Part shown: piece by piece, positions 44,316 through 53,297 of the stretch
Layout: each line of letters begins with the position of its first letter
Numbering within the stretch: position 1 is the first letter of the stretch
DNA from: Lysobacterales bacterium
Lineage (GTDB): Bacteria; Pseudomonadota; Gammaproteobacteria; Xanthomonadales; SZUA-5
Assembly: GCA_022844165.1 (NCBI GenBank)
Contig: JALHMH010000002.1
Span: forward strand, 160,001-224,000
Length of the DNA stretch: 64,000 bases
Direction: 5' to 3'
The notes under the pieces: model-generated
What the model saw: only the letters and a program-made list of their open reading frames with translations
The model's database searches: none
What the model was told of the DNA's origin: nothing
Program-made: the position numbers and the translations under genes

Positions 44316-44570
44316 CTGTATTGAGGCTGCCGGGCGGTCGTGAATCGACCGCCCACGCGCTTCGGTCGGCTTGGTTTTCATCTAGCAAGAAGGGTTACCA
44401 ATGCGACCGGCGCTCTTGTTCTCGCGGATCGGATTGGTCTATTCCTTTTGCATGCTTGCGGTGAGTTTGTATTTCTCCTATTCGTGGAACGAGCAAGGCA
44501 TTGATCTGGCGCACGAGCGGCTTTGGTGCACGCACACTGGCCTTGCTTAGGTCGCAATGCTCAAGTCTTA

Positions 44571-44646
44571 GAAAGGAGGTGCCCGCCAGCCGACCGGTCG
44601 GGGAGGACGATCGGTTTTGGGAGGAGCTTGGCTGGCGGGCATTGAA
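44571..44646 (-). ncRNA. Candidate C-rich sRNA, sX9-like
   Basis: 12-bp closing stem TGCCCGCCAGCC/GGCTGGCGGGCA with CTCCTCCC, CCTCCCC and CCTCCTT motifs. Family name is from recollection of Xanthomonas sX9 and is unverified. Confidence 0.6.
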
Positions 44647-44667
44647 ACGAAGCGCCGTCCTTGGCGC

Positions 44668-44692
44668 GATCGGCGGCTTTGCGCCGCCGATC
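44668..44692 (-). terminator. Hairpin downstream of the phasin gene
   Basis: 10-bp stem GATCGGCGGC/GCCGCCGATC; no clear U-tract. Confidence 0.45.
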
Positions 44693-44727
44693 AGGAGGCG
44701 CATGCGCCCCCGCAATTCTTCTAGAAC

Positions 44728-45369
44728 TTACTCAGCGGCCGGGGTCGCCACAACCGCGGGTGTCGCGGGTTTGGCTTTCTTGGCGACCGGCTTCTTTGCG
44801 GCAACTGGCCTGGCGGCCGGCTTCGGCTCAACTTTGGCGGCTGTCGGCTTCGCAGCTGCAGGTTTGGCAGCGACCTTGACGGCTGGCTTGGCAGCGGGCT
44901 TGGCAACGGCGGCTTTTGCGGGTGCCTTGCGCGTGCTGGCATCCAGCGAACGCACGGCCTTGCTCAACTCGTCGACGCGTTTGGCCAATTGTTCGATCTC
45001 ATCGCGCCCCGGGATGCCCAGTGTGCCAAGTGCCTTGGACACACGATTTTCGAAAACTTGCTCGAGGCGATCGATGGTGTCGGTGGCGCGTTCGCGCACC
45101 TGGCTCACCGTGTTCTCCACAATGCCGCGCATCTCATCGAGCTTGACGCCCGTCAACTTACGCGTCGCGCGTTCCAAAGCTGTGCCCTCTTTGACGAGCG
45201 TCTCGTACAACTTGCCGCTCTGTTCTTGTGCTTTCGCAAAAGCGCCTAAACCGGCGAGCCAAATCTGCTCTGCCTGTTCCATGATCGCTTTGGCCGTATG
45301 TTTGACCGATTTCTTTTCGGCTTCCGGCGCTGCTTTTGCCTTGGCCTTGGAACCCTTCGACGTCTTCAT
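44728..45369 (-). CDS. Phasin-family (PhaF-like) granule-associated protein
   Basis: QIWLAGLGAF, LVKEG, LEQVFENRV..LGIP; C-terminal AAKP-rich tail. Confidence 0.88.
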   Translation of the reverse strand: MKTSKGSKAKAKAAPEAEKKSVKHTAKAIMEQAEQIWLAGLGAFAKAQEQSGKLYETLVKEGTALERATRKLTGVKLDEMRGIVENTVSQVRERATDTIDRLEQVFENRVSKALGTLGIPGRDEIEQLAKRVDELSKAVRSLDASTRKAPAKAAVAKPAAKPAVKVAAKPAAAKPTAAKVEPKPAARPVAAKKPVAKKAKPATPAVVATPAAE

Positions 45370-45513
45370 AAAAACCCTCTGCTGAAAATGCAGCCTCGAC
45401 CCGAGCCGAACTGGAGTGCCGACCCGCAGGATGAGCGCGCATCTTCGTGATGCAGGGTAGAGTGAGCACACTAGCCGCTGGCTTGCGAACTCAGCGGCGA
45501 GGCGCGTTGCGAC

Positions 45514-46782
45514 CTAAGACGACACGCGAACGCGTTTTGTACTGCGCAACTGCTCACGCTCCATGACGCGATCCAGCTCGTTGAGCGAGCGGTTGAGGCG
45601 CGAGAGCACACTGGTCGCCGGCGGCTTGGTGCCGGAGAGCCCGTCCCAAATGGTGCGGCCGAGATCGTCGAGGACTTCGTCGCGCAACCTCAGGCCGTGG
45701 CGTTTGAGCACTCTGCTGAACGCCTCACGATGGGCGCGAATGTCCGCAAGCGTGTGGCTGTATGCGTGTTCGCACAACTGCCGGCGCGAACCGAACGAAA
45801 ACACGTTGGTAAAGAACATCTCGGCGTCGTGCGCATCGGGTTCGAAGCGCACCAGATCCGATTGATCGTAGCTCTTGTCGTACTTGCCGAAGCCGACGCG
45901 CATTCGCGAATACAGCATCGCGCGAATGGTCTGGCTAAGAACGCGGGGAAGTCCGCCGCGCACCAGACTCTCCGGCGCTTTTTCGCCTTTTTCCTCAAGC
46001 TTGGAAGCGTCGAACGGCACCAGTGGATTCAGCGCCAGCAAAAGGTCGATGTCTTCATCGAGCGCGACCGACGCGTGCAGCGTGCGCTGCAACGCACCGT
46101 CGACGAAGTACTTGCCATCGATCTCAACGGGCGGATAAAACCCAGGTAGCGCGGAGCTCGCTTGCACGGCGCGACTGATCGGAACATTGTTTTCGTCCGC
46201 CGCGCCGAATCGCACCGTTCGCCCGCTGTCCAGCTCGACGGCGATCACGTACAGCGGGCGGTCCAGTTTTCGGAAATCGTTGGTGCGCCCGTGGCCGGTG
46301 AAGATGCGGCGCAAATAGCGTTCAATGCCCTCGTTGTCGAAGATGCCCGTCGGCAGCGCCTCGCCGATGCGACCCAGACCTTCGCTCCAGCGTTGCGACG
46401 CAGGCCGAAACAGCGTGTCCAGAAGCCAATCGCCGAAGATGCCCGGTACAGCGCCCAGGCGTTTGGCGAATTCGAAAAATGCCGGGCGTAGAAAAAGCTC
46501 CGGGCGAAAGGAGTTCTCTGCCAGCTCGTCAGTGACGAACATGCGGCACATTTCGGCGGTATCGATGCGATTGGCCAGTCCCGCGGCGAGAAAAGCCCCT
46601 GAGCTAACGCCGACGTACACATCCAGGCGCGTCAGATCGAGCCCTTCGATCGCCTCATCGAGCGCACGGAGTGCGCCCATTTCATAGATGCCACCCACCG
46701 GGCCACCGCCCGCTACCGCGAGACCAATACGATGCGGCTGGCGCAGCGAACGGGGTCGACGGGCCTCTTGCAGATGCAGCAC
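45514..46782 (-). CDS. Patatin-like phospholipase
   Basis: AGGGPVG, GVSSG, ASSALPG, DGA. Confidence 0.9.
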   Translation of the reverse strand: MLHLQEARRPRSLRQPHRIGLAVAGGGPVGGIYEMGALRALDEAIEGLDLTRLDVYVGVSSGAFLAAGLANRIDTAEMCRMFVTDELAENSFRPELFLRPAFFEFAKRLGAVPGIFGDWLLDTLFRPASQRWSEGLGRIGEALPTGIFDNEGIERYLRRIFTGHGRTNDFRKLDRPLYVIAVELDSGRTVRFGAADENNVPISRAVQASSALPGFYPPVEIDGKYFVDGALQRTLHASVALDEDIDLLLALNPLVPFDASKLEEKGEKAPESLVRGGLPRVLSQTIRAMLYSRMRVGFGKYDKSYDQSDLVRFEPDAHDAEMFFTNVFSFGSRRQLCEHAYSHTLADIRAHREAFSRVLKRHGLRLRDEVLDDLGRTIWDGLSGTKPPATSVLSRLNRSLNELDRVMEREQLRSTKRVRVSS

Positions 46783-46937
46783 GGACGGAACCTCAGGCTT
46801 GGATGGAGGGGCCGGAGTCTAAAGCCGGGCGACCAAGTTTTGGCTCGATCCGCGCTTCTTTACGATGCCGTCTCAGATTTCGGCAACGTCTTAGGACGTT
46901 GGCTTGCGGCAGGCCAGCACCGCGGCCTAATATGGCG

Positions 46938-46953
46938 GTATAGACGTCTATAC
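46938..46953. promoter_or_regulatory. Perfect 16-bp palindrome, candidate operator
   Basis: GTATAGACGTCTATAC ending 10 nt before the LysR ATG. Confidence 0.55.
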
Positions 46954-46963
46954 GGACTAATCC

Positions 46964-47953
46964 ATGACCCTGACACAACTTCGCTATCTGGTTGCGGTCG
47001 TTGATGCTGGCAACAACATCACTCAGGCGGCGACCAAGGTGCACGCCACGCAACCGGGTTTAAGCAAACAGCTCAAGCAGCTTGAGCAGTGGTTGGGATT
47101 TGAGCTCTTTGCGCGTCGCGGCAAGGCGCTCGACGGCTTGACCGAACCCGGCGCGCGCGTTGTCGAGCAGGCGCGTGCGCTGCTCGATCGTGCGGATGCG
47201 ATTCGCGATATTCGTGCCAGTTTTTCGGTCGATCAGGGCGGTGCGTTGCGGATCGCAACTACGCACACGCAGGCGCGATACGTGCTGCCAAAAGCCATCG
47301 TCGCGTTGAAGCGCTCCTGGCCGCTCCTGAATGTGCAACTGACACCGCAAGACGACGATGTCGCCATCGCCGCGCTACAGAGTGGCGCTGCGGATGTGGC
47401 GATCGTCTCGGCGCCGCATGCGCCGGCTGACTTGCTCGCTTTGCCGCTGTATCGGTGGAGCCGCCAGGCCCTGTTGACGGCGCAGCATCCGTTGGCCGAT
47501 GCGCAAATGACATTGGCGGATCTGGCACGATTTCCGCAAGTCAGTTACGCCTCCGCGCTGGGTCCTGCAGGATCGTTGCGTGTTGCGATGGAAAACGAGG
47601 GACTGCAACTGATCATTGGTATGGCGGCGAGCGACGGCGATTTGATCAAGACTTATGTTCGTGCGGGGCTTGGTGTTGGCATCATCGCGCCAATGGCGTT
47701 GACCGATGGCGACGGCGATCTGATCGCACGTTCTCTGACTGGCGTTTTGCCGGCGATGACGACATGGTTGGTGTTGCGTCCACAACAGACGCTCACGCGT
47801 GCGCTGGCCGCTCTGCTCGAACACCTGGCGCCCCATGTCGACGCCTGGGCAACGAAACAGCGATTGTTGGGCGATTCCAGCGTCGAATTGCTGAAGGGCG
47901 ACGTGCCGCACTGGCCATTGGCGCCAAAGGCACACGTTGCAGACCCCGCATAG
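46964..47953 (+). CDS. LysR-family regulator, CysB/Cbl-like
   Basis: MTLTQLRY, TQPGLSKQL, IATTHTQARYVLP, IKTYVRAGLGVGI. Confidence 0.88.
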   Translation: MTLTQLRYLVAVVDAGNNITQAATKVHATQPGLSKQLKQLEQWLGFELFARRGKALDGLTEPGARVVEQARALLDRADAIRDIRASFSVDQGGALRIATTHTQARYVLPKAIVALKRSWPLLNVQLTPQDDDVAIAALQSGAADVAIVSAPHAPADLLALPLYRWSRQALLTAQHPLADAQMTLADLARFPQVSYASALGPAGSLRVAMENEGLQLIIGMAASDGDLIKTYVRAGLGVGIIAPMALTDGDGDLIARSLTGVLPAMTTWLVLRPQQTLTRALAALLEHLAPHVDAWATKQRLLGDSSVELLKGDVPHWPLAPKAHVADPA

Positions 47954-47988
47954 CGGTACACTGCGCCATTGCCCACGGAGAACTGGCC

Positions 47989-49032
47989 ATGACCGATACT
48001 GTTCCGCCGATGGATACTGGCGACAAAATACCCGTCCCGCCCCAGCGCTCCTGGCGCTGGCGTCTGGTGGGTGTAGCAATCGGTTCGATCACGCTGCTGG
48101 TCGCAGGTTTGATGTTCTGGTGGTCGACGGAACCCGATCCGTTCAAGGTCCAGGCGAATGCTGATGCGTATGCCAAACAGCGTGGCGAACGCGTTGTTCC
48201 CGGTTATGTCAGCGTCGCAACGGCAATCCGTATTGCCAACACTTTGCTGGACAAACGCGGCGGCTATTTGTCGAACGATTTGCTGCCGCCCGGCGTGCTG
48301 ATGGACAACATCCCCGAATGGGAATTCGGCGTGCTGCAGCAGCTGCGCGATTTTTCCCTGGCATTGCGCAACGACTTCTCGCGCTCGCAAAGCCAGTCGC
48401 AGGACGACATCGATCTACGCGAAGCGCAGCCGCGATTTGCGTTTTCCAACGACCGCTGGATCTTGCCGTCGACCGAAAGCCAGTATCGGCAGGCGATCGG
48501 TCATCTGGACGGTTATTTGGCGCGTCTGGCCGACAGCGACGAGTACAACGCGCAGTTCTACGTGCGCGCGGACAATCTGGTGTCGTGGCTGACACTCGTG
48601 GAAAAACAGCTCGGTTCGCTCTCGCAACGGTTATCCGCCAGCGTGGGTCAGGTGCGAATCAACACCGATCTGGCCAATGAAGAAGCGGCGGCGCAATCCA
48701 CCCGGGCACCTGCGATCGTGGTGACCCGAACGCCCTGGCTGGAGATCGACAACGTGTTTTACGAGGCGCGGGGAACAAGTTGGGCGCTGCTGCATTTGCT
48801 CAAAGCCATCGAGCGCGATTTTCGGCCGGTGTTGGAAGACAAGAACGCCGTGATCAGCGTCAAGCAGATTATTCGCGAACTGGAAGAAGCCCAGGCCCCG
48901 GTGATGAGCCCGATGATTTTGAACGGCGGTGGTTACGGTTTTTTCGCCAATCACAGTCTGGTGATGGCCAACTATCTGTCGCGCGCAAACGCGGCCATTA
49001 TCGACTTGCGAAAGCTTCTGGAACGCGGGTAA
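47989..49032 (+). CDS. DUF2333-family membrane-anchored protein
   Basis: GGAG RBS; TM helix; KRGGYLSND, DNIPEWEFG, FSRSQSQS, IDNVFYEARG, ANHSLVMANY. Confidence 0.85.
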   Translation: MTDTVPPMDTGDKIPVPPQRSWRWRLVGVAIGSITLLVAGLMFWWSTEPDPFKVQANADAYAKQRGERVVPGYVSVATAIRIANTLLDKRGGYLSNDLLPPGVLMDNIPEWEFGVLQQLRDFSLALRNDFSRSQSQSQDDIDLREAQPRFAFSNDRWILPSTESQYRQAIGHLDGYLARLADSDEYNAQFYVRADNLVSWLTLVEKQLGSLSQRLSASVGQVRINTDLANEEAAAQSTRAPAIVVTRTPWLEIDNVFYEARGTSWALLHLLKAIERDFRPVLEDKNAVISVKQIIRELEEAQAPVMSPMILNGGGYGFFANHSLVMANYLSRANAAIIDLRKLLERG

Positions 49033-49344
49033 GCAGCCGCAGGCTGCGGTGCGAGATGCAAGCGAGCCAGTCTACTCCCTCTCGCCTTGCCGAAATCGAT
49101 CAGACATTTCTTTCGTTTACATCGGGACGCCACACTATCTGGCTGTTTAGAGGCAGCCTGCTGGCGATCAGGGATGGTTCCCTCATGGATCGAGCACGCA
49201 AGCGGTTGATCCATTGGAGAGCGAGTCCGGACATGCGCCGGACTCGCGACTTGAGAAACGCACAGGAACGTCCCAGGTCAACACTCACAACTCTCCGACT
49301 TGGCCTCAACTGCGAACCTGGCGAGCTGTTTTCGCGAAAATCTG

Positions 49345-50070
49345 TCAGCGGATCAACCAGCCAGCTGGATCAAAACTGTCTCGAACCCATGGGCCGCCTC
49401 GAACAAAGTCCCAAGGGATAGACGGGAAGAATGGCCCAGAAGGAGATACCGGCCAAGGATTGCGTGGGCGGTTAGGCGGAACTGTGCATTCAATGCAATT
49501 ACACTGACAGGACGCAACCCCGCAGAGGATCGCAGTAACATGCGCGCCGCAAGGGCAGGTCATCCGGCATCCCAAGAAACAATCTTGTCTTTGAAGAAAG
49601 CAATTGGCAGTAATAAGGACGCCAATGATAATCGGAGCAGCATGCTTATCCGTCGGCTGAACGTAGTCGTTTCCTGCCGCTTTAACAAATTCGACGATAT
49701 CCAGTTGCCCGCTCTTGCCGTTGGAAGCGACCCAGGATATGACCCCAGATCGCCCCGTCGTTTCGACAGTCATACCATCGGTCATCTCAAAACTAGATCG
49801 ATAGGGTTCGCCATGATACTTGAGCTGACTGCAGTCACTGTCACATGCCGGCGTGCTGTTGCTCAACGATTCCGACGACATCCAGGCAGAATGGCGAGTT
49901 CCGGTATCGCTCAAAACTCGCTGGGCCAATTCAATCTCATGCGGAGAATAGCGCGACTTCAAAGCGGCCAGCGAATCATCCATATTTACTTTGCACAAAT
50001 CCATTTGAGGAGTCTGAGCAAAGACCGAGCAAGCAAAAAAGCCTGCGAACAGGAACAATAACTTTTTCAT
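49345..50070 (-). CDS. Secreted protein with a 10-Cys C-terminal domain and Pro/Trp-rich tail
   Basis: AAGGA RBS; signal peptide MKKLLFLFAGFFACSVFA; CFLQRQDCFLGCRMTCPCGAHVTAILCGVASCQCNCIEC. Confidence 0.8.
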   Translation of the reverse strand: MKKLLFLFAGFFACSVFAQTPQMDLCKVNMDDSLAALKSRYSPHEIELAQRVLSDTGTRHSAWMSSESLSNSTPACDSDCSQLKYHGEPYRSSFEMTDGMTVETTGRSGVISWVASNGKSGQLDIVEFVKAAGNDYVQPTDKHAAPIIIGVLITANCFLQRQDCFLGCRMTCPCGAHVTAILCGVASCQCNCIECTVPPNRPRNPWPVSPSGPFFPSIPWDFVRGGPWVRDSFDPAGWLIR

Positions 50071-50111
50071 CGAGAATGTCCTTAGGAAGGCAAAAAAATA
50101 TCGGCAATGCG

Positions 50112-50207
50112 TTAGCTCTGCCGGGAATATGAGCAGAGTTCTGAAAGCTCCAATTTGGCCGTATCCAAGACGAACATTGCTGCGACCATCAGTTTCGATA
50201 GTTTCAT
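50112..50207 (-). CDS. Possible 31-aa ORF or truncated secreted-protein remnant
   Basis: AAGGA RBS; MKLSKLMVAAMFVLDTAKLELSELCSYSRQS. Confidence 0.35.
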   Translation of the reverse strand: MKLSKLMVAAMFVLDTAKLELSELCSYSRQS

Positions 50208-50286
50208 CGTTGATTCCTTAACTCTTACGTTTAGGGGTTGTCTCTTTCGAGACAGCAGCGCGGCGTTGCGCCGCGCTTACTCCTTA

Positions 50287-50314
50287 ATCGTAATTTGAGA
50301 GCAACTTCGATCAC
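50287..50314 (-). promoter_or_regulatory. Candidate ECF-dependent promoter, copy B
   Basis: GTGATCGA-agttgctct-CAAATTACGAT; 22/28 identical to copy A. Confidence 0.65.
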
Positions 50315-50327
50315 TGCCGCTTCGTTA

Positions 50328-50753
50328 TTACTCCTCTTGCTGCGGTCGGCACGAAATGGTGACTGTGCGGCTGCGCGTGCCGGCAGCTGCCGACGTTACC
50401 CGGCCAGTGAGTGTTCCCGAGCTTCCGTAAGAACAAATGGCCGTCTGCCTGGGCGTTGATCCATAAGCCGAAAGAAGCACGTTTGGCGACGAGGACCATC
50501 CATAAACATAGTCTTTGGATTGAGGATAAACCTCACAACTCCTGGTCGTTGGTGTGCCGCTGCACAACACGAAGACTGGCGGTATGTTGTCGCGAGGATG
50601 GCATTTGCAGGGATTGTCTCGGCTCGTCTTTACGGCGTGGAATCCTGGATCACATGGCAGGACCGGGCAGATATCGACATCGTCACCAGCGCTCGCCGTC
50701 ATAGACAGCGGCAACATGGCGAGAAGGACGCACAGGTTTCGAAGTGTTCTCAT
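50328..50753 (-). CDS. Small secreted protein with 8 Cys in the mature part
   Basis: GGAG RBS; signal peptide MRTLRNLCVLLAMLPLSMTASA; no family recognised. Confidence 0.82.
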   Translation of the reverse strand: MRTLRNLCVLLAMLPLSMTASAGDDVDICPVLPCDPGFHAVKTSRDNPCKCHPRDNIPPVFVLCSGTPTTRSCEVYPQSKDYVYGWSSSPNVLLSAYGSTPRQTAICSYGSSGTLTGRVTSAAAGTRSRTVTISCRPQQEE

Positions 50754-50783
50754 CTGTTGTTCTCCGTTGTTGGTTCTGGGTAC

Positions 50784-50811
50784 ATCGTAATTTGGCGACA
50801 AAATCGATCAC
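50784..50811 (-). promoter_or_regulatory. Candidate ECF-dependent promoter, copy A (overlaps the kinase stop codon)
   Basis: GTGATCGA-ttttgtcgc-CAAATTACGAT, ending 30 nt before the ATG at 50753. Confidence 0.65.
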
Positions 50812-53297
50812 GCTTCTGGTGCATTCGCCAACTCTCGGACCAGTTGTGTTGCCAGGTCACCAATTCGGCCACAGGCAATGCTGATGTCCGGATCGGACGG
50901 TGCGGCGCAGATGCCGGTGTGCAAAATGCGCTCGACGGTGCGGCGCTGGGCCGTCAAATTCGACCAGGCCTCTACCTTATGCCATTCCGAAGATTCGGGG
51001 ACACCCATCACCAGGAGCGCCGCGTGGTGCTCGCTTCGCGCCAGATGCAGGCTGGCCAGTAACGTTCGGGCGTAAACGGTCATTGGACGGTGTGGCCCCA
51101 AGGCTTGTACCGATCTATCCACGACGTCCTTGGCGGCGGCAATGGCTTCAACCGACTTCGCATCGATTCTCGAGAGCACGACGACCAGATTGAACTGAAG
51201 TCGGATCGTACTGATGTGGTTGGGCCCCAGCACCGCGCGGTATCTCTCAAGCGCCTCGGAGTAGTGGTGCCGAGCGTTCTCCAACCGCCCTGCGCGAATC
51301 AACGTGCCGGCGAAAGCGGAGCGAGCATCTGCGGCCACAACGCTCGAATTGCCATAGACACCTTCGAGGCGGGTCACCAGCTCATCGAACTCCGTCAGTG
51401 CACTTTCTGCGTTGCCCGACTGCGCTTCCGCCATCAGCAACCGGGTTCGCACACGAAGTTCTTTCGGATGATCTTCTGGCAGGCCGGTAAGCCACTGCGC
51501 CAGTTCGCGGAAGGCAACGGAAGACTCGTCAGGTCGCCCCGAAGTCCGGAGATTTTCTGCGTGGAAAAATCGAGCCTCGAATGCAAGGTCGTCGTTTTGG
51601 CTGCGATCGCCAAGGTCACGAATCAGGGCCTTGAGCAGTTCATCGGCGCGTTCAGAAAGACCAACGTCCATTTCGACACGCGCGGCCACCAGGCGCGATT
51701 CGATGCTCGGCGAAAACTCGAGTGCCTGCATTCGGGCGACCATCGATTGAGCGAGTTCGATATCGCCCGAACGCGCGTGCGCAATCGCACTTGTACGTAG
51801 CAGCCGAAGCTCGACTTCTGGCGAGAGCGCGGTTGCGGGCAGGGCAAGTGCGGGACCAGCCAGCGCCAGTGCCTGACTGTCCGCGGCCAGACCCGCCTCG
51901 ACCGACGCAATGATCTCCGCGAGTTCGGCAAACAGCAGCGGCTGCGTGTCTTTCAGCGCTATCACGCGGGGCGTGGCCGCATCGAGGATCGAGCGCGCGG
52001 TCACCCGGTCGCCGGTGCTTCGTGCCGGATCGGCGCCCAAAAAAGACTCGCGCAGGATCGACACCACTTCGCGGGCGCGGTCGCGCTCCAGCAGCGCGGT
52101 ATTGCGCTCGCGTTCGAGCGCGCCTGCCTGGAACCAAAGCGCGGTCACACCCACCACCAGCAGCACGCCGGCAACAGCCGTGAGCGCTACCGGCAGCCGA
52201 TGCCGGCGGACGAACAAGGCCGCACGATAGCCAACGCCGGTGCGCCGCGCCTGGATCGGGCGTTGCTGCAAGTACCGCTGCAAATCCGCCTCGAGCGCGG
52301 CGGCATTGGCAAACCGTTGCGTCGGCGTCTTGTGCAAACACATGCCAACGATCGCATCGAGATCGCCACGCAGTTGCGCGGCGAACGGCAGGCGCGAGAC
52401 ATCGCTGACCGGCGCCGGGGCGACATGCAAAATCAGCTTCTCGATCTCGGCTGCGCGCAATCCCTGGAAATCGAACGGCGCACGGCCAGCGAGCAGTTCG
52501 TAAGCCAGCACGCCCAAACCATAAACATCGCTGGCAACGCCCACGGCCTGCCCCAACCATTGTTCGGGGGCACTCACGCTCGGCGTCAGGAACCGCTCCG
52601 CGGTGCCGGTGGCGGCCGAATCGGTCAGCGATTTGGCGATGCCAAAATCCAGCAGCTTGGGTGTGCCGTCGGCTGTCACCAGCACATTCGAGGGCTTGAT
52701 ATCGCGATGGATCACCAGTCGATCGTGCGCATGCGCGACGGCATCGACGATGGCTGCCAGCAACTCGACGCGCGCGCGCAAACCCAGACGGTGGCGTTCG
52801 CAGTACTGCAACAGCGGTTCGCCATCGATCGCCTCCAAGACCACGTAGGGCGAGCCATCCGGCAGGCTCGAGGCGTCGATGAAGCGGCAGATGCCGGGAT
52901 GATCGAGTGCCGCCAGATGCCGACGTTCGGCGAGAAAACGCGACAGGAATACGCCCGACACGCGGTCGCGCCGGATGAGCTTGATCGCCACCTGCGTGCG
53001 CAACCCGTCGATATCGCGCTCGGCCAGGTACACCGTGCCCATGCCACCCTCGCCGAGGCGGCGCACGACGCGATAAGCTCCAATGTCGGTCGGATCGCCG
53101 ATCAATGCACCGAGCGCCGCCGGTGCCGCAGCATCGAGCGGGCTCGGCTGTGCATCGCGCCCGAGCAGACCGCGCACGCGTGCGGCGAGCGCCGGTTCGG
53201 TGGTTTCGATGGCCATCAGAGCGCTGGTTTGTTCTTCAGTCGGCAAGTCCACGACGTCGATGAAAATCGCCAGCGCACGTTGCTCGAAGGTGCTCAT
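50808..53297 (-). CDS. Membrane Ser/Thr protein kinase with TPR-like C-terminus (PknS-like)
   Basis: LGEGGMGTVY, VAIK, HRDIKPSN, DFGIAK, APE, SDVYGLG; TM helix; LGPNH/LGPH TPR-type repeats. Confidence 0.93.
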   Translation of the reverse strand: MSTFEQRALAIFIDVVDLPTEEQTSALMAIETTEPALAARVRGLLGRDAQPSPLDAAAPAALGALIGDPTDIGAYRVVRRLGEGGMGTVYLAERDIDGLRTQVAIKLIRRDRVSGVFLSRFLAERRHLAALDHPGICRFIDASSLPDGSPYVVLEAIDGEPLLQYCERHRLGLRARVELLAAIVDAVAHAHDRLVIHRDIKPSNVLVTADGTPKLLDFGIAKSLTDSAATGTAERFLTPSVSAPEQWLGQAVGVASDVYGLGVLAYELLAGRAPFDFQGLRAAEIEKLILHVAPAPVSDVSRLPFAAQLRGDLDAIVGMCLHKTPTQRFANAAALEADLQRYLQQRPIQARRTGVGYRAALFVRRHRLPVALTAVAGVLLVVGVTALWFQAGALERERNTALLERDRAREVVSILRESFLGADPARSTGDRVTARSILDAATPRVIALKDTQPLLFAELAEIIASVEAGLAADSQALALAGPALALPATALSPEVELRLLRTSAIAHARSGDIELAQSMVARMQALEFSPSIESRLVAARVEMDVGLSERADELLKALIRDLGDRSQNDDLAFEARFFHAENLRTSGRPDESSVAFRELAQWLTGLPEDHPKELRVRTRLLMAEAQSGNAESALTEFDELVTRLEGVYGNSSVVAADARSAFAGTLIRAGRLENARHHYSEALERYRAVLGPNHISTIRLQFNLVVVLSRIDAKSVEAIAAAKDVVDRSVQALGPHRPMTVYARTLLASLHLARSEHHAALLVMGVPESSEWHKVEAWSNLTAQRRTVERILHTGICAAPSDPDISIACGRIGDLATQLVRELANAPEA

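Noticed and set aside
44395-44715. 106-aa minus-strand ORF
   Set aside because: No RBS or motif, and it runs through the hairpin and the candidate sRNA.
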